From a bacterium (lineage in GTDB: Bacteria; Desulfobacterota; DSWW01), in the NCBI GenBank assembly GCA_040756235.1, contig JBFLZG010000105.1, forward strand, positions 32,001 through 96,000: a stretch of 64,000 nt of DNA, written 5' to 3'. The position numbers were made by a program, and so were the translations under genes. This document shows positions 8,801 through 18,082 of this stretch, one piece after another. Every line of letters starts with the position of its first letter. The first letter of the stretch is position 1. Below the pieces are notes generated by a model. That model was given only the letters and a program-made list of their open reading frames with translations. It was not told the origin of the DNA and made no database searches.

Positions 8801-10323
8801 CGGTCCAGGACGCGGGCCAGGAAATGACGCCTGCCGGCGCGCCGGATATCGGGATCGAACCAGCGCGACGAGAGCATCGGATCCAGGGTGAAGGAGACGA
8901 ACAGGGAGACCAGGACGGCGAAGGCCACGGTGATGCCGAACTGGAAGAAGAACCGGCCCACGATCCCCTTCATGTAGGCGACCGGCACGAACACCGCCAC
9001 GATCGAGAAGGTCGTGGCCATAACCGCCAGCCCGATCTCGTTGGTGCCGTTGCGCGCCGCGGTGAAGTGGTCCTCGCCCCGTTCCAGGTGGCGCACGATG
9101 TTCTCCCGCACCACGATGGCGTCGTCGATCAGCAGACCGATGGCGAGCGAGAGCGCCATCAGGGTGAGCATGTTGAGGGTCATGCCGGCGAAATTCATCA
9201 CGATGAACGAGGAGATGACCGAGATCGGCAGGGTCAAGCCGGTGATGACCGTGGAGCGCCAGGAGTTGAGGAAGCAGAAGACGATGAGCACGGTGAGCAG
9301 GCCGCCGAGGAGCAGCGTCTCCTGGACGTCGCGGACGGACGCCCGGATGCTGATCGAGCTGTCCCGCACCACCTCGATGCCGGTGTCCGGTGGGAGCTCG
9401 GCCCTGAGCTTCTCGACCTCCTTCTTCACCGCGTCCACGACCGCCACCGTGTTGGCCCCCGACTGCTTCATCACGTCCAGGGCGACGGCCGGAATGCCGT
9501 TCACGAAAGCCATGGAGCGCTGCTCCTCGATGCCGTCGCGGACTTCGGCCACGTCCCCCAGGGTGACCGGGCGGTCCAGTCGCTGGGCGACCACCATACG
9601 GCGGAAATCGTCCACCAGGTCCGGCTTGCCCTGCACTCTGACCGGCACTTCCACGCCCCGCCGGGTGAGCCTGCCCAGGGGGGTGTTCACGTTCTCCGAC
9701 TGGAGCCCCGCGATCACCTCGTCCACCCCCATCCCCAATGCCTCGAGCCGCGCCGGGTCGAGGTCCACGTTCACCTGTCGCTTCGCGGGACCGACCAGGT
9801 CCACCCGGCCCACGCCCATGAGGTTCTGGATCCGGCGCTGAACCTTCTTTTCGACCAGCGTGGTCAGGTCGCGGGGCGTCAGGGTGTCCGAACGGATGGC
9901 CACGCTGATCACCGGCAGCGAGGAGAAGTCGAGCTTCTCGATGACAGGCTCCTCGATGGACTGGGGCAGGTCGCCCCGGATCGCCGAGACTTTGGCGCGG
10001 GCTTCCTGAGAGACGTTGTTGATGTCCACGCCGATCTCGAACTCGACCCAGACTTGTGAGACGCCTTCTCTGGAGATCGACCCCACGCGCTTGACGCCGG
10101 CGATGGGGTTGACGGCTTCCTCGAGGGGCTTGCTGACCTCCCGCTCCACGCTCTCCGGCGCCGCGCCCTCGAACACCGTGAGGACGGACAGGACCGGTAT
10201 TTCGACATCCGGGTACATGTCGATGGCGAGCCGGCGATAGGAAAAGATGCCCAGGGTCACCAGCGCGAGCATCATCACCGCGGCGAACACGGGACGTTTG
10301 ATGGACAGATCTGAAATCACCAT
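5821..10323 (-). CDS. AcrB/HAE1-type RND permease fused to a TolC-family outer-membrane factor
   Basis: MVISDLSIKRPVFA, GLLIDDAIVVRENI, TKNAILLVDF, RLRPILMTT, then LTLEKAL..AAALP..LDVLDAQ TolC repeats in one open frame (~1500 aa). Confidence 0.92.
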   Translation of the reverse strand: MVISDLSIKRPVFAAVMMLALVTLGIFSYRRLAIDMYPDVEIPVLSVLTVFEGAAPESVEREVSKPLEEAVNPIAGVKRVGSISREGVSQVWVEFEIGVDINNVSQEARAKVSAIRGDLPQSIEEPVIEKLDFSSLPVISVAIRSDTLTPRDLTTLVEKKVQRRIQNLMGVGRVDLVGPAKRQVNVDLDPARLEALGMGVDEVIAGLQSENVNTPLGRLTRRGVEVPVRVQGKPDLVDDFRRMVVAQRLDRPVTLGDVAEVRDGIEEQRSMAFVNGIPAVALDVMKQSGANTVAVVDAVKKEVEKLRAELPPDTGIEVVRDSSISIRASVRDVQETLLLGGLLTVLIVFCFLNSWRSTVITGLTLPISVISSFIVMNFAGMTLNMLTLMALSLAIGLLIDDAIVVRENIVRHLERGEDHFTAARNGTNEIGLAVMATTFSIVAVFVPVAYMKGIVGRFFFQFGITVAFAVLVSLFVSFTLDPMLSSRWFDPDIRRAGRRHFLARVLDRFNDWFDRTADRYRNVIAWSLGHRKTVMGLATAAFLGGMAVFVQLEQEFITPHDMSEFQLNFKTAPDASIRETENRLQAVLASLEGIPEIDHTYGTIGAREGETVRDVSVYVKLVDRRERSRKQKTIMREVRARLAAVPGIVVSVMEAEQFDDRKPLMVGVRGEDLKLLKQYAARLKEDMYRIPGIVDLEVSLEHETPEYRLVVDRERTEDAGVNTAAIVRSVGALVGGLAVSTYEDEDGDAVDVQVRMPEDGRGDISQVENLRLTVHDPVRGPTLVRLGDLARYERSTTPSEINRIGLRREVLVSANLDGMPLGTAGKEVQKAAGLLELPPGYRVVLYGQTEEMEESFGYLGEALLLAVIMVYLILAAQFESFVDPLAIMLSLPLSVVGMALMLAATGDTLNIMSMIGLIMLMGLVTKNAILLVDFTKVLRGRGVDRKEALIQAGRLRLRPILMTTTAMIFGMMPLALGLGSAGEVRAPMARTIVGGLITSTLLTLLVVPVVYTVLDDFACWVRRRLGRGEAPAAEAEAVPVRARAVKGAGGAAVLLLAAGLQGLMALAWPEPVQAASEEEAAQPVEVLTLEKALVIAAEQNQDVKKALEFQNWVRGKYVQERAAALPNLSITSNIARQYDDSQREFYEGIPEQFGGIFSFERDVAAADVSLSQAVFTWGQVGAAIRAARLGIAIGEDQLRYYRQAVARDVSVQFYNVLLAKEMAAIAAENLEQKQRHLEAASRKLAAGTATEYDVLAASVEVQNARPELIRAQNRIRIAKDRLNLLLGRESTPIEVEGTLVAAVSPQPGYEEVLEGALRNRPELQELAHRIGVAKELVKVSRAGDKPRLDVQAGYGWRGYNVEGLESEGAVWQAGLFLTFPFFDGLRTRGLVSQAKSDVRTAEIEEAKLKDAISLEAHTVVDAVQESGEIVTALSGTVAQAERLLYMAEMGYEHGVKTNLDVLDAQLNLSTARGSLARARRDYQAALVDLRWVTGNLGEGV

Positions 10324-10440
10324 GGCCGTACCCTGTTGCTCCTGTTGAAGGGGTCGGATCGCCTCATCCGTTGTCATGGTTGCCGGCGAGGACGACCGCG
10401 AGCGGCGCGCTTCTCATCTCATTCGGCGGGTGTCGACTCT

Positions 10441-10546
10441 TCTCCCTTCTCCCCTCGCCGAGGGGAGAAGGTCAGGTTGAGGGGTGCTTCTGCTCCTGCT
10501 TCCCCCCTCACCCTCGCCCTGTCCCCCGGACGCGGGGAAGAGGGGA
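10441..10546. repeat. CCCTCACCC/GGGAGAGGG-type REP pair
   Basis: CCTTCTCCCCTCGCCGAGGGGAGAAGGTCAGGTTGAGGGG ... CCCCTCACCCTCGCCCTGTCCCCC..GGGGAAGAGGGGA. Confidence 0.7.
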
Positions 10547-10570
10547 GTTTTCGCCAGAGAACACGGGCGC

Positions 10571-11755
10571 TCACGGCTGGGCTGCCGCCGCGCTCCCATC
10601 GGCCGCAACGGTCCCGAGAGGCCCGGCCCCGGAACCGTCGGCCCCGCCGGCCTTGACCGAGATCCGGTCGCCGTTTCGGAGGTTGAAGGCGCCGCGCGTG
10701 ACGACCTGGTCGCCCGCGGCGATTCCTTCGGTCACCTCGACGTAATCCGCCAACGCCGTTCCGGTTCGGACCGCCCGCCGTTCAACGATCTCTCCCGAAG
10801 CCACGAACACCTCGCCCTCTTTGCGCGCCACGTCCCAGGAGAGAAGAGCGGAGCGGGGGATCTGCAGGACGCCCGTGCGCTTGCCGGTCAGGATCCGGCC
10901 TTTGGCGAACAGCCCGCCTCGCAGCACCTCCGGCTCGTTCGGAACGTCGGCCACGACCTTCACCGACCGGCTCACGGGATCGACCGTCGGATTGATGAAC
11001 ATGACCTTGCCGCTGAACGTCCGGCCCGGGAGCGCATCGGTCTCGAACTCGAGCAGCTGACCGACCCGGAGGACGGCGAGGGAAGCCGACGGGACGTTGA
11101 CCGTGAGCTCGAGCACCCGGTTGTCGACGATTCGGAACATCGGCCCGCCGCCCATGCTCTCGACCCGGTCCCCGGGATTCACGCCGCGGTAGGACACGAT
11201 CCCGTCAAAGGGGGCCCGTATCATCGCTTTCGCCAGCCGGGCCTCGGCCGCCTGCAACTGAGCCCTGGCCGCCGAGGTGGCGGCGGCCGCCGCTTCCCGT
11301 GCGGTGCGGGCGTCGTCCAGGTTCTGCTGAGTCACGAGCCCCACGCCCTTGAGCTTCTCGGCCCGCTCCAGCTCGCGCACCGCCCGCGTCTCCTCCACCT
11401 GGGCCTGCAGCACGGCTGCCCGGACCGCCTCGAGTGCTGCCTGCGCCTCCTGGGTGTCGAGCTTGGCCAGCGGCACGCCCCTGGCGACCCTCACCCATTC
11501 AGCGACGTAGACCTCCTCCACCACCGCCGTGTACTCGGACTTGACGTCAGCCACGAACTTGGCGGACAGCGAGCCCACGACCTCGATCGATTCCTCGAGC
11601 TCGCCGGTGGTCGCCGCGGCCAGCTCCACGGCCACCGGCGGGCGGCCGGACGTCTCCACGCTTCCCTCCCCGGACCCCGAACAGCCGGCAGCCGCGGCGG
11701 CGGCTGCGAGCGCAGCCAGGACGAGCAGACCCTGCCACCCCATTTTGCCTCTCAT
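10571..11755 (-). CDS. RND efflux periplasmic adaptor (membrane fusion lipoprotein)
   Basis: Lipobox AAAGC, IRAPFDGIV, INPTVDPVSRSVKV, GDQVVTRG. Confidence 0.92.
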   Translation of the reverse strand: MRGKMGWQGLLVLAALAAAAAAAGCSGSGEGSVETSGRPPVAVELAAATTGELEESIEVVGSLSAKFVADVKSEYTAVVEEVYVAEWVRVARGVPLAKLDTQEAQAALEAVRAAVLQAQVEETRAVRELERAEKLKGVGLVTQQNLDDARTAREAAAAATSAARAQLQAAEARLAKAMIRAPFDGIVSYRGVNPGDRVESMGGGPMFRIVDNRVLELTVNVPSASLAVLRVGQLLEFETDALPGRTFSGKVMFINPTVDPVSRSVKVVADVPNEPEVLRGGLFAKGRILTGKRTGVLQIPRSALLSWDVARKEGEVFVASGEIVERRAVRTGTALADYVEVTEGIAAGDQVVTRGAFNLRNGDRISVKAGGADGSGAGPLGTVAADGSAAAAQP

Positions 11756-12390
11756 CGACGGTGCTCCTTGCCTGTGGGCTTCTTGCTCGAAATGCCTTCG
11801 AAGATCACTTCCAGGACCTGGTCCAACTCGGCAACGTCCACGTGCTGCTCCGGGTGGTCCAGGGCGGCCTCCACGCAGGCGCCCGTGGCGCCGTGCAGGG
11901 CCGTGGCCATGGCCAGTACGTTTCCGGGACGCAGCTCCTCGTTCTCGATCCCCTCCCGAATCAGGTGCTCGAGGGCGTTCTGGTAAGTGTGATGAAACGC
12001 GTCGAAGTCGAATTCGGGCGCCCCCTGGGGCGGCCCGTGATAGGCCCCCAGGATCAGCCGGACGTATTCGATGTTGTCCCGGAAGAGCTGGAACAACTCC
12101 CTGGCAAGGCTCAGGATCCGCTCCCTTGCGCTCTCGGGTCTCGAAAGGACGCCCTGGATCCGGTCCTCGAATGCTTCACGGGCGTCCTCGAGGAGGGCGA
12201 GGTAGATTCCTTCCTTGCTGCCGAAATAGTAATAGAGGACGGGCTTGGTGACGCCGGCGGCCTCGACGATCTCGCGCACCGTCGTGGCGGCGTACCCGCG
12301 CCTGTTGAAGAGCTCGATCGCCACGCGAAACAGCCGATCCCTCGCCCCGATGTCAGCGGGCTCGTGGGCCTCTGCGCTCACTTCCGTCAC
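11752..12390 (-). CDS. TetR/AcrR-family regulator
   Basis: LFNRRGYAATTVREIVEAAGVTKPVLYYYFGSKE HTH; stop overlaps the adaptor start. Confidence 0.93.
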   Translation of the reverse strand: MTEVSAEAHEPADIGARDRLFRVAIELFNRRGYAATTVREIVEAAGVTKPVLYYYFGSKEGIYLALLEDAREAFEDRIQGVLSRPESARERILSLARELFQLFRDNIEYVRLILGAYHGPPQGAPEFDFDAFHHTYQNALEHLIREGIENEELRPGNVLAMATALHGATGACVEAALDHPEQHVDVAELDQVLEVIFEGISSKKPTGKEHRR

Positions 12391-12462
12391 CCTCCCCTGG
12401 AGGACGAAAATCCGGCAATCCGCACCCCGACGACTGCCGGACCCCGATGGAATTCCGTGACC

Positions 12463-12480
12463 TACCTACCGGTAAGTATA
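12463..12480 (-). promoter_or_regulatory. TetR operator palindrome overlapping a -10 element
   Basis: TACCTACCGGTAAGTA (14/16 palindromic) overlapping TATACT (12480-12475, minus). Confidence 0.7.
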
Positions 12481-12652
12481 GCTAAGGAGAAGAAAAGAAG
12501 CAACCACTGGAGAGGGGACAATCCGTCAGCGAATAGAAGGGTCTTGCCTGCACGGCTCGGCGCCGTGCCGCAGCGCGCAGGGCGGGGGTCGGAGCACAGG
12601 CCGCCTTCCGGGCCGGGCGCAGGGTCAGGCCTGCGCCCGCGGCGCGGAAGCA

Positions 12653-13102
12653 TCAGGCCATCTTGGAGCGGACTTTCTCCTTCTGCTCTGTAAAGCTCGC
12701 CAACACTTCCTCCAGTTGCTCTTCTTCCATCAACTCCCGCGTCAGCTCGAAGATGCTGTCCTCTTCTTCCTCGATGTGATGCTCCACGAGCTCCTTGAAC
12801 ACGCTCAGCTTGGCAGGCCACTGCTCGTCCGCTCGGGACAGCTTCTCCAGCTCTTTCAGCACGGTCTTCGTCACATGGTGTTCTTCAACCGACTCCAGCA
12901 CCTTTTCGCGGGCCCCTTTCTTTTCTTTCAGAACGGGGTAGTAGGCTTTCTCCTCCGCCTCCATGTGCGGCGTGATCTCCTTCTTGAGCTTGGCGAAGAG
13001 ATCTTCTCTCTGCTTGGAGCCGCCATTGGTTGTCTTCTTCAGCTTCTCGAGGATTCCTTTGAGCTCCTCGTGGTCCTTTTGAATGGCCTGTAGTAAGTCC
13101 AT
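12653..13102 (-). CDS. Hemerythrin/HHE cation-binding domain protein
   Basis: DHEELK, HMEAEEKAYYP, EEHH, HHIEEEE. Confidence 0.88.
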   Translation of the reverse strand: MDLLQAIQKDHEELKGILEKLKKTTNGGSKQREDLFAKLKKEITPHMEAEEKAYYPVLKEKKGAREKVLESVEEHHVTKTVLKELEKLSRADEQWPAKLSVFKELVEHHIEEEEDSIFELTRELMEEEQLEEVLASFTEQKEKVRSKMA

Positions 13103-13363
13103 GCGCTTTTCTCCCGACTTGGTGTTAACCGTCCCCGGGCCTGACGGCCCGTTCCCTCCCTGGAGCCTCGACTCCCGTCTGATGCGCGGGCAATCCGCCC
13201 GGTTCCGGGAGCCGGAGTACTGCGCCGCCATACCGTCGACCGGATCCGCGGGGCTCGACCCCCTACGGGGATCCATGGCCAACGCAGGCTGGCCCGGTTC
13301 TGCGCGCATCTAAGTCAGGAATGATGTGTTTTTTTTGAACTGCGAAGCCGCAAGGAGCAGAAC

Positions 13364-14035
13364 ATGCGATTCAAAGACGGGGCAAGCGTGGTTACCGCCG
13401 GGGGCGACAAGGTGGGCCGCCTCGATCGAGTGGTCCTGAACCCGAAGACGTGCCGGGTGACGCACCTGGTCGTTCGCAAGGGGTTCCTGCTCACCCGGGA
13501 CAGGGTGGTCCCCGCAGAGAGGGTCGCCTCGACGGACGAGAATACGATACGCCTCGGGGACCCCACGGGCGACCCGGAGACCTTTCCCGAGTTCAGGGAA
13601 ACCGAGTTCGTGGATGCCGACGTGGACATGGCTCGAAGAACGGCCGACGACCGGAACTATGCGGCCCCGATCTAGTGGTACCCCGACCTCAGCTCAACGG
13701 CGATGGGCGGCATCGGCTCGTACGGACCGGTTCCGCCCACTCCCACGTACTTACCGGTGCGGTCGCAGACCCGGGAGAACATCCCCGAGGGCACGGTGCC
13801 GCTGAAGGAGGGCGCCAGTGTGACCGGCAACGATCGCCGGCACGTGGGAGACCTGGAGCAGGTCCTCGTCGGCGAGGACACGAAGCACACCACCCATCTG
13901 GTGATCTCGCACGGGCTTCTTCTGAAGAAGAAAAGGCTTGTTCCGGTCGAGTGGATCGACGAGGTCGAGGAGGACGAGGTCCGGCTGGCGGTCGGGTCGC
14001 GCCTGATCGGGACGCTGCCGGAATACCAGGAGTGA
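13364..14035 (+). pseudogene. Two-PRC-barrel protein interrupted by one in-frame TAG (13673-13675)
   Basis: Two PRC repeats (VGRLDRVV..VTHLVVRKGFLL; VGDLEQVL..TTHLVISHGLLL) in the same frame, joined by YAAPI*WYP; AGGAG RBS at the start. Confidence 0.7.
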
Positions 14036-14134
14036 ACCGCGGCCGCGGAGCCGGATCCGCTGGTTCCCGCAACCCGCGACCGGTCGGAGAATCCGGGCTG
14101 ACGACCGCGGTCTCCGCAGGCTTCTCACGTGCCC

Positions 14135-16609
14135 TCACGGGTGGCACTCGGCGCAGCTCACCACGATCTTCGCTTTGCCGTCCTTGAAGTGGCAGCCGTC
14201 GCAGGCCTCGACGCTCGCGGGGTCGGAGAGCCAGCCGAGCCCTTCCGTGTAGAGGGAAGGCGGGCGCTCGGGGATGGGCCGGAAGACGATCTTCACGACG
14301 GCCTTGGTCGAGAAGCAGCCTCCGAACCCGGGCATGTCCGGGTTCTCGTTGGTGACGAACCCCTTGTTGGTGGACGGATTGAAGTACATCTCCTTCAAGT
14401 GGCCGTGCCCGTACGGGAAATGCACGCCGAAGTCGTCCGTGGCCAGAAGGCGATAGTCGTGGCGCTTCTTGTCCGCCTGCTCCATGCCGGTCGCGTCCAG
14501 TACGTCATCGAAGAAGACGACCTTCTCCATCTTGCCGCCCCCGACGTCGATGGTTCGCGCCGGCAGATCGGACCAGTACAAGGTCCGTTCGCGCACGCCG
14601 TCGTCGACGACGAGCTTGCGCATCATCTCGATGGTGAAGAGGTCGGGGATTGTACACCCGTCGAGCCCTGCGACCGAGGGCGTCCCGCGGCTCAAGTCGA
14701 CCTTTGCGCTCTGCACGGCCTCCCAGCTCACGGTGCACTCTTGGCCGCCGTCGTACGAAATGAGCCGGTAATCGTAGAGCGCGCGGATCTGATCGGTGGT
14801 GAAGAAGCCGGACTGGGTCTGGGCGCTCATGACACTGTCCGGCACGAACGCGCGCAGGGGCGCCATGCGGTCCGCCCCGGGCACCGGCAGATCGCGCAGG
14901 CTCACCGCGTGTTCTTCCTCCTGGACGAAAAGCCTCACCCCTTCGCCGTGCGCGGCATGGGCCGGCCCGGCGGAGTTCCGGCCTCCGCCGTCCTGCCGGT
15001 AAAGGACAATCTCTGCGACGTCCTCGAGGGAGTGGGCGGGAAGGCCTGCGCCCGCATGGAAGCGCGCGTTCGGCTTCCCCTCGCTCATGTAGAGAAAGCC
15101 GCTCTTGAGCTGAGTGAATCGCAAGGGCTCGCAGAGCCGGCCGCCGTCCCGGCCGACGATCTCGTAGAGCCAGTCCTGGGGGCTGCGGGCCGCCTGCGGC
15201 ACGATGAACGCATCGAGCGTCGCAATGGGCACGGGCTCGGGGCCTGCGGCCCTACCCTGGCCCGCGCCGCTCGTTGCGCCGGTCTCATAGAGACATTGGG
15301 GGACGCGCTCCAGCGGGACCGCGACCGCATCCTCCGCGTGCCCGGCCTTGACTACCCGGATCTCGGGCCCGGAGACGCGGGCGTCCCCCGCAAGAGGACG
15401 GATGTCCGAAAGAGTCCGGGGGAAGAGGATGCAGGAGATCTCTCCCCTCTCGTCAACCTGGCGTTGCAGGACGCCGATCAGATCGAACGGCCCGGCCGGA
15501 GGCCCGGACCCCGGAATCCCCGAGCCCGGGGAGATCTGCAAACGGAGCGTGCGGGTATCGCCGGCTCCCGAGACCTCGACCGCGTCGGTCTCCTGACCGA
15601 AGCCGGGCCACGCGGCCGCGGCGTCGGAGCCGTGGAGCCGGACCCCGTTCACCCGGACCAGGTCGCCCGCGCAATCCTCTGCGCTCCCGTAGACCTCGTC
15701 CACTGAGCCGAACGCGCGCGCGGACGGCAGCGGCTCCCCTCTTGCCAGCACGGCCACGCTCCCTCCGGAGATCGGGTGCAGCTCGATCATGCCGTTGTGC
15801 TGCCGGATGGTCCCCTGGATCGCGACCCGATCGCCCGGATAGACGCGCAGGTCGTCGAAGGTGCTCCCGTCATAGCCCTGGTCCGCCTTTCTGGCGAGCG
15901 TGTCCGCGAACACGTAAACACCGCCGGTCCCGTCCTGGACGTGAAACTTGATGAAGCGGTTGCACGCCATGGCGCGGCACCCCACGGTTGCGACGCCCTC
16001 GACCCAGACGGTCTCCCCGAGGTGCGCCGGGGTCCCGCCCCTCCGCTCCATCACGTAGGAGCAGGTCTTCTTCTCGATCCGGGTCCAGTCGGGACGGGTC
16101 GCCACGGACCCGCCGTCCATTCGGCCGCGGTAGAGACATGGGGCTTTTCTCATGTCCCAGTGGACGCACAGCCCTCTGCCGCTCCCGCTGCCGTCGACGA
16201 AAAAGGCGTGTCGGAGATCCTCGTACGCCGGGAGCTCCCGCTCGCTGCCGCTGCCGAGGCATTCGAGCAAGCTCTTCTCGTCCCGGTCGATGAAGTCGTA
16301 GAAAAGATTGGCAGCATCCGGGCCGATCGCGCGGTCGGCCCAGTCGGATACCCGCACCGCCCACGCGGTCCGCACGGTCCCGTCCGCGTCGACCAGCTCC
16401 CGCAGCACCGGCGCCAGGCCGCTCGAGTCGGTCGCGGACTGGTTCAGGGATACGGAGATCCGGATGCCTTCCGGCGGAGGCGGAGGGTCCGGCTTCACGG
16501 CTGTCAGGCAGGCGGATGCTGCAAAAACGGCCGCGCAGAAGAGCATCCGCTTCCGGCCCCTGGGAGGAAGGAGCAGACCCCTCTTACCCCTCGCGTTGCA
16601 TCTCGGCAT
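14135..16609 (-). CDS. Large secreted/lipoprotein with OB-fold region, repeated domains and C-terminal di-heme c motifs
   Basis: Hydrophobic N-terminus with FAASAC; VEGVAT..FHVQDGTGGVYVF..PGDRVAIQG OB-like; CDGCH and CAECH at the C-terminus; start uncertain (16609 or 16546). Confidence 0.65.
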   Translation of the reverse strand: MPRCNARGKRGLLLPPRGRKRMLFCAAVFAASACLTAVKPDPPPPPEGIRISVSLNQSATDSSGLAPVLRELVDADGTVRTAWAVRVSDWADRAIGPDAANLFYDFIDRDEKSLLECLGSGSERELPAYEDLRHAFFVDGSGSGRGLCVHWDMRKAPCLYRGRMDGGSVATRPDWTRIEKKTCSYVMERRGGTPAHLGETVWVEGVATVGCRAMACNRFIKFHVQDGTGGVYVFADTLARKADQGYDGSTFDDLRVYPGDRVAIQGTIRQHNGMIELHPISGGSVAVLARGEPLPSARAFGSVDEVYGSAEDCAGDLVRVNGVRLHGSDAAAAWPGFGQETDAVEVSGAGDTRTLRLQISPGSGIPGSGPPAGPFDLIGVLQRQVDERGEISCILFPRTLSDIRPLAGDARVSGPEIRVVKAGHAEDAVAVPLERVPQCLYETGATSGAGQGRAAGPEPVPIATLDAFIVPQAARSPQDWLYEIVGRDGGRLCEPLRFTQLKSGFLYMSEGKPNARFHAGAGLPAHSLEDVAEIVLYRQDGGGRNSAGPAHAAHGEGVRLFVQEEEHAVSLRDLPVPGADRMAPLRAFVPDSVMSAQTQSGFFTTDQIRALYDYRLISYDGGQECTVSWEAVQSAKVDLSRGTPSVAGLDGCTIPDLFTIEMMRKLVVDDGVRERTLYWSDLPARTIDVGGGKMEKVVFFDDVLDATGMEQADKKRHDYRLLATDDFGVHFPYGHGHLKEMYFNPSTNKGFVTNENPDMPGFGGCFSTKAVVKIVFRPIPERPPSLYTEGLGWLSDPASVEACDGCHFKDGKAKIVVSCAECHP

Positions 16610-16741
16610 TCTATGAACGGTCCCCCATATGCTCGTGCAAGGCAGATTCAAGCGAGGACAGCATTCCCGTAATTTCCGGAGGAAAGAGGCCGTCATCCCG
16701 GGCCAGCGGTTCCACCCTGTCTTACCGTCATTGCGGCGGAG

Positions 16742-16950
16742 GAGGCTGTGTCACAAATCCGGTCAGACCCCGTGCGATCACTCATTCCGGAGGACTCGGA
16801 GGCGCGACCGCATGATTTCCGTCATTCCGGCGAAGGCCGGAATCCAGCCCCTGCGCCCAGTTACCACAGCTGGTCTGGGTGCACCCTTCTGGATCCCGGC
16901 TCCCACTCGCTTCGCAGGTGGGCCGGGATGACGGAAACCAACACGGCCCC
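16742..16950 (+). mobile_element. MITE-like element copy 2 (right TIR degenerate)
   Basis: Begins GAGGCTGTGTCACAA right after the REP half CCGTCATTGCGGC-GGAG; 209 bp; ends AACACGGCCCC; no clean duplication on the right. Confidence 0.75.
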
Positions 16951-17076
16951 GACAATTCTCTCCCTCCGGCCCAGGCCGGAATCCGGTCCGGTTTATGGGA
17001 TCCTCCAAGTCCGCTACACTGGCTCGTATCGTGTCAGATCCTTGGGGCGAAATAAAGCCTCGGAATGGAGGGAAGC

Positions 17077-17952
17077 GTGCGCGACCGATCCATGTCTCCG
17101 ATCGTCCTTGGGGCGCTCGCCGGTCTGCTCGTTCTTGCGGCGGGTACCGTCCGGGCGCATCCCGGCAAGTTCACCATCGTCGGCATGGGCACCAGCCCCG
17201 ACCTCCTCACCTTGCGCGGAGCGGAGGTCGTGAGACAGGCGGACATCATCCTTCTGGACGAACCGGAGGACCGCAACGCCTGGGCGGCTCTCATCGGTAG
17301 TAAAGAGGTCTGGTTCTGCGGGCGCCGGAGCGCGGCCTTCTACGGCTCCGATCCCGGTCAGATGAACGACCCTGCTGCCCGCGAGGAGGCCGTTCGGGAG
17401 GCCCGGGTCCGGGAAGTGATCGTGCAGAGGATCCGGAGGGCCGTGGAGAGCGGCAAGAAGGTGGCCGCCCTGAAGTGGGGAGACCCCATGATGTTCGAGA
17501 ACACGTACTATCTCGAGATGCTGCCCCAGGGCTTCCCCTCCGAGGTCGTCCCCGGTGTAGGCTCCTTTCAAGCGGCCAGCGCGGCCTTGAAGATGAGCCC
17601 CTGCTACGGAGGAGACACGAATTCCGTGATCCTGACCGCGACCGACTGGCCGGGGCGCTCCGACTGCAACGAGGAGCTCATGGGCCATCGGACCACCATG
17701 GTGTTCTACGCGATGCACCTGGACTATCCTCGGCTCTTCGAGCAGCTCGGCCGGCACTATCCGCCGGACACGCCGGTCGCCGTCGTGACCCACGCAGGAG
17801 ACCGGAGCCGCGAGCGCGTCATCCGGAGCACGGTCGCCCGCTTCCTGGCCGAGGTGAGCTATGCGGCGCTTCCCCCGGAGGAGACCCTGCTGCTCGTGGG
17901 CAAGTTCCTCGAGGCAGGTCAGGCCCGCAGGACGCCGCCGGCCTTGGAATGA
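17077..17952 (+). CDS. Tetrapyrrole (corrin/porphyrin) methylase family protein with N-terminal signal-like peptide
   Basis: IVGMGTSPDLLTLRG, ALKWGDPMMF, VVPGVGSFQAASA, TPVAVV; preceded by IVLGALAGLLVLAAGTVRA. Confidence 0.82.
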   Translation: MRDRSMSPIVLGALAGLLVLAAGTVRAHPGKFTIVGMGTSPDLLTLRGAEVVRQADIILLDEPEDRNAWAALIGSKEVWFCGRRSAAFYGSDPGQMNDPAAREEAVREARVREVIVQRIRRAVESGKKVAALKWGDPMMFENTYYLEMLPQGFPSEVVPGVGSFQAASAALKMSPCYGGDTNSVILTATDWPGRSDCNEELMGHRTTMVFYAMHLDYPRLFEQLGRHYPPDTPVAVVTHAGDRSRERVIRSTVARFLAEVSYAALPPEETLLLVGKFLEAGQARRTPPALE

Positions 17953-18082
17953 GCGAGACAGCCCCTCACAGGGAACCCGCCGCTCTCCCAGAGTGCGCGT
18001 GCTTTGCAGGCGCGCGGGTCCTTACGGCACGGATTCTTACGGCTTGGACGGAAACGCGGATCGTGATAGACTTGGCGCCGAC

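Noticed and set aside
5767..10059. 1430-aa plus-strand ORF (likewise 37775-41341, 46229-49648, 53419-55290)
   Set aside because: Antisense shadows of RND/ATPase genes, expected from high-GC codon bias; no motifs
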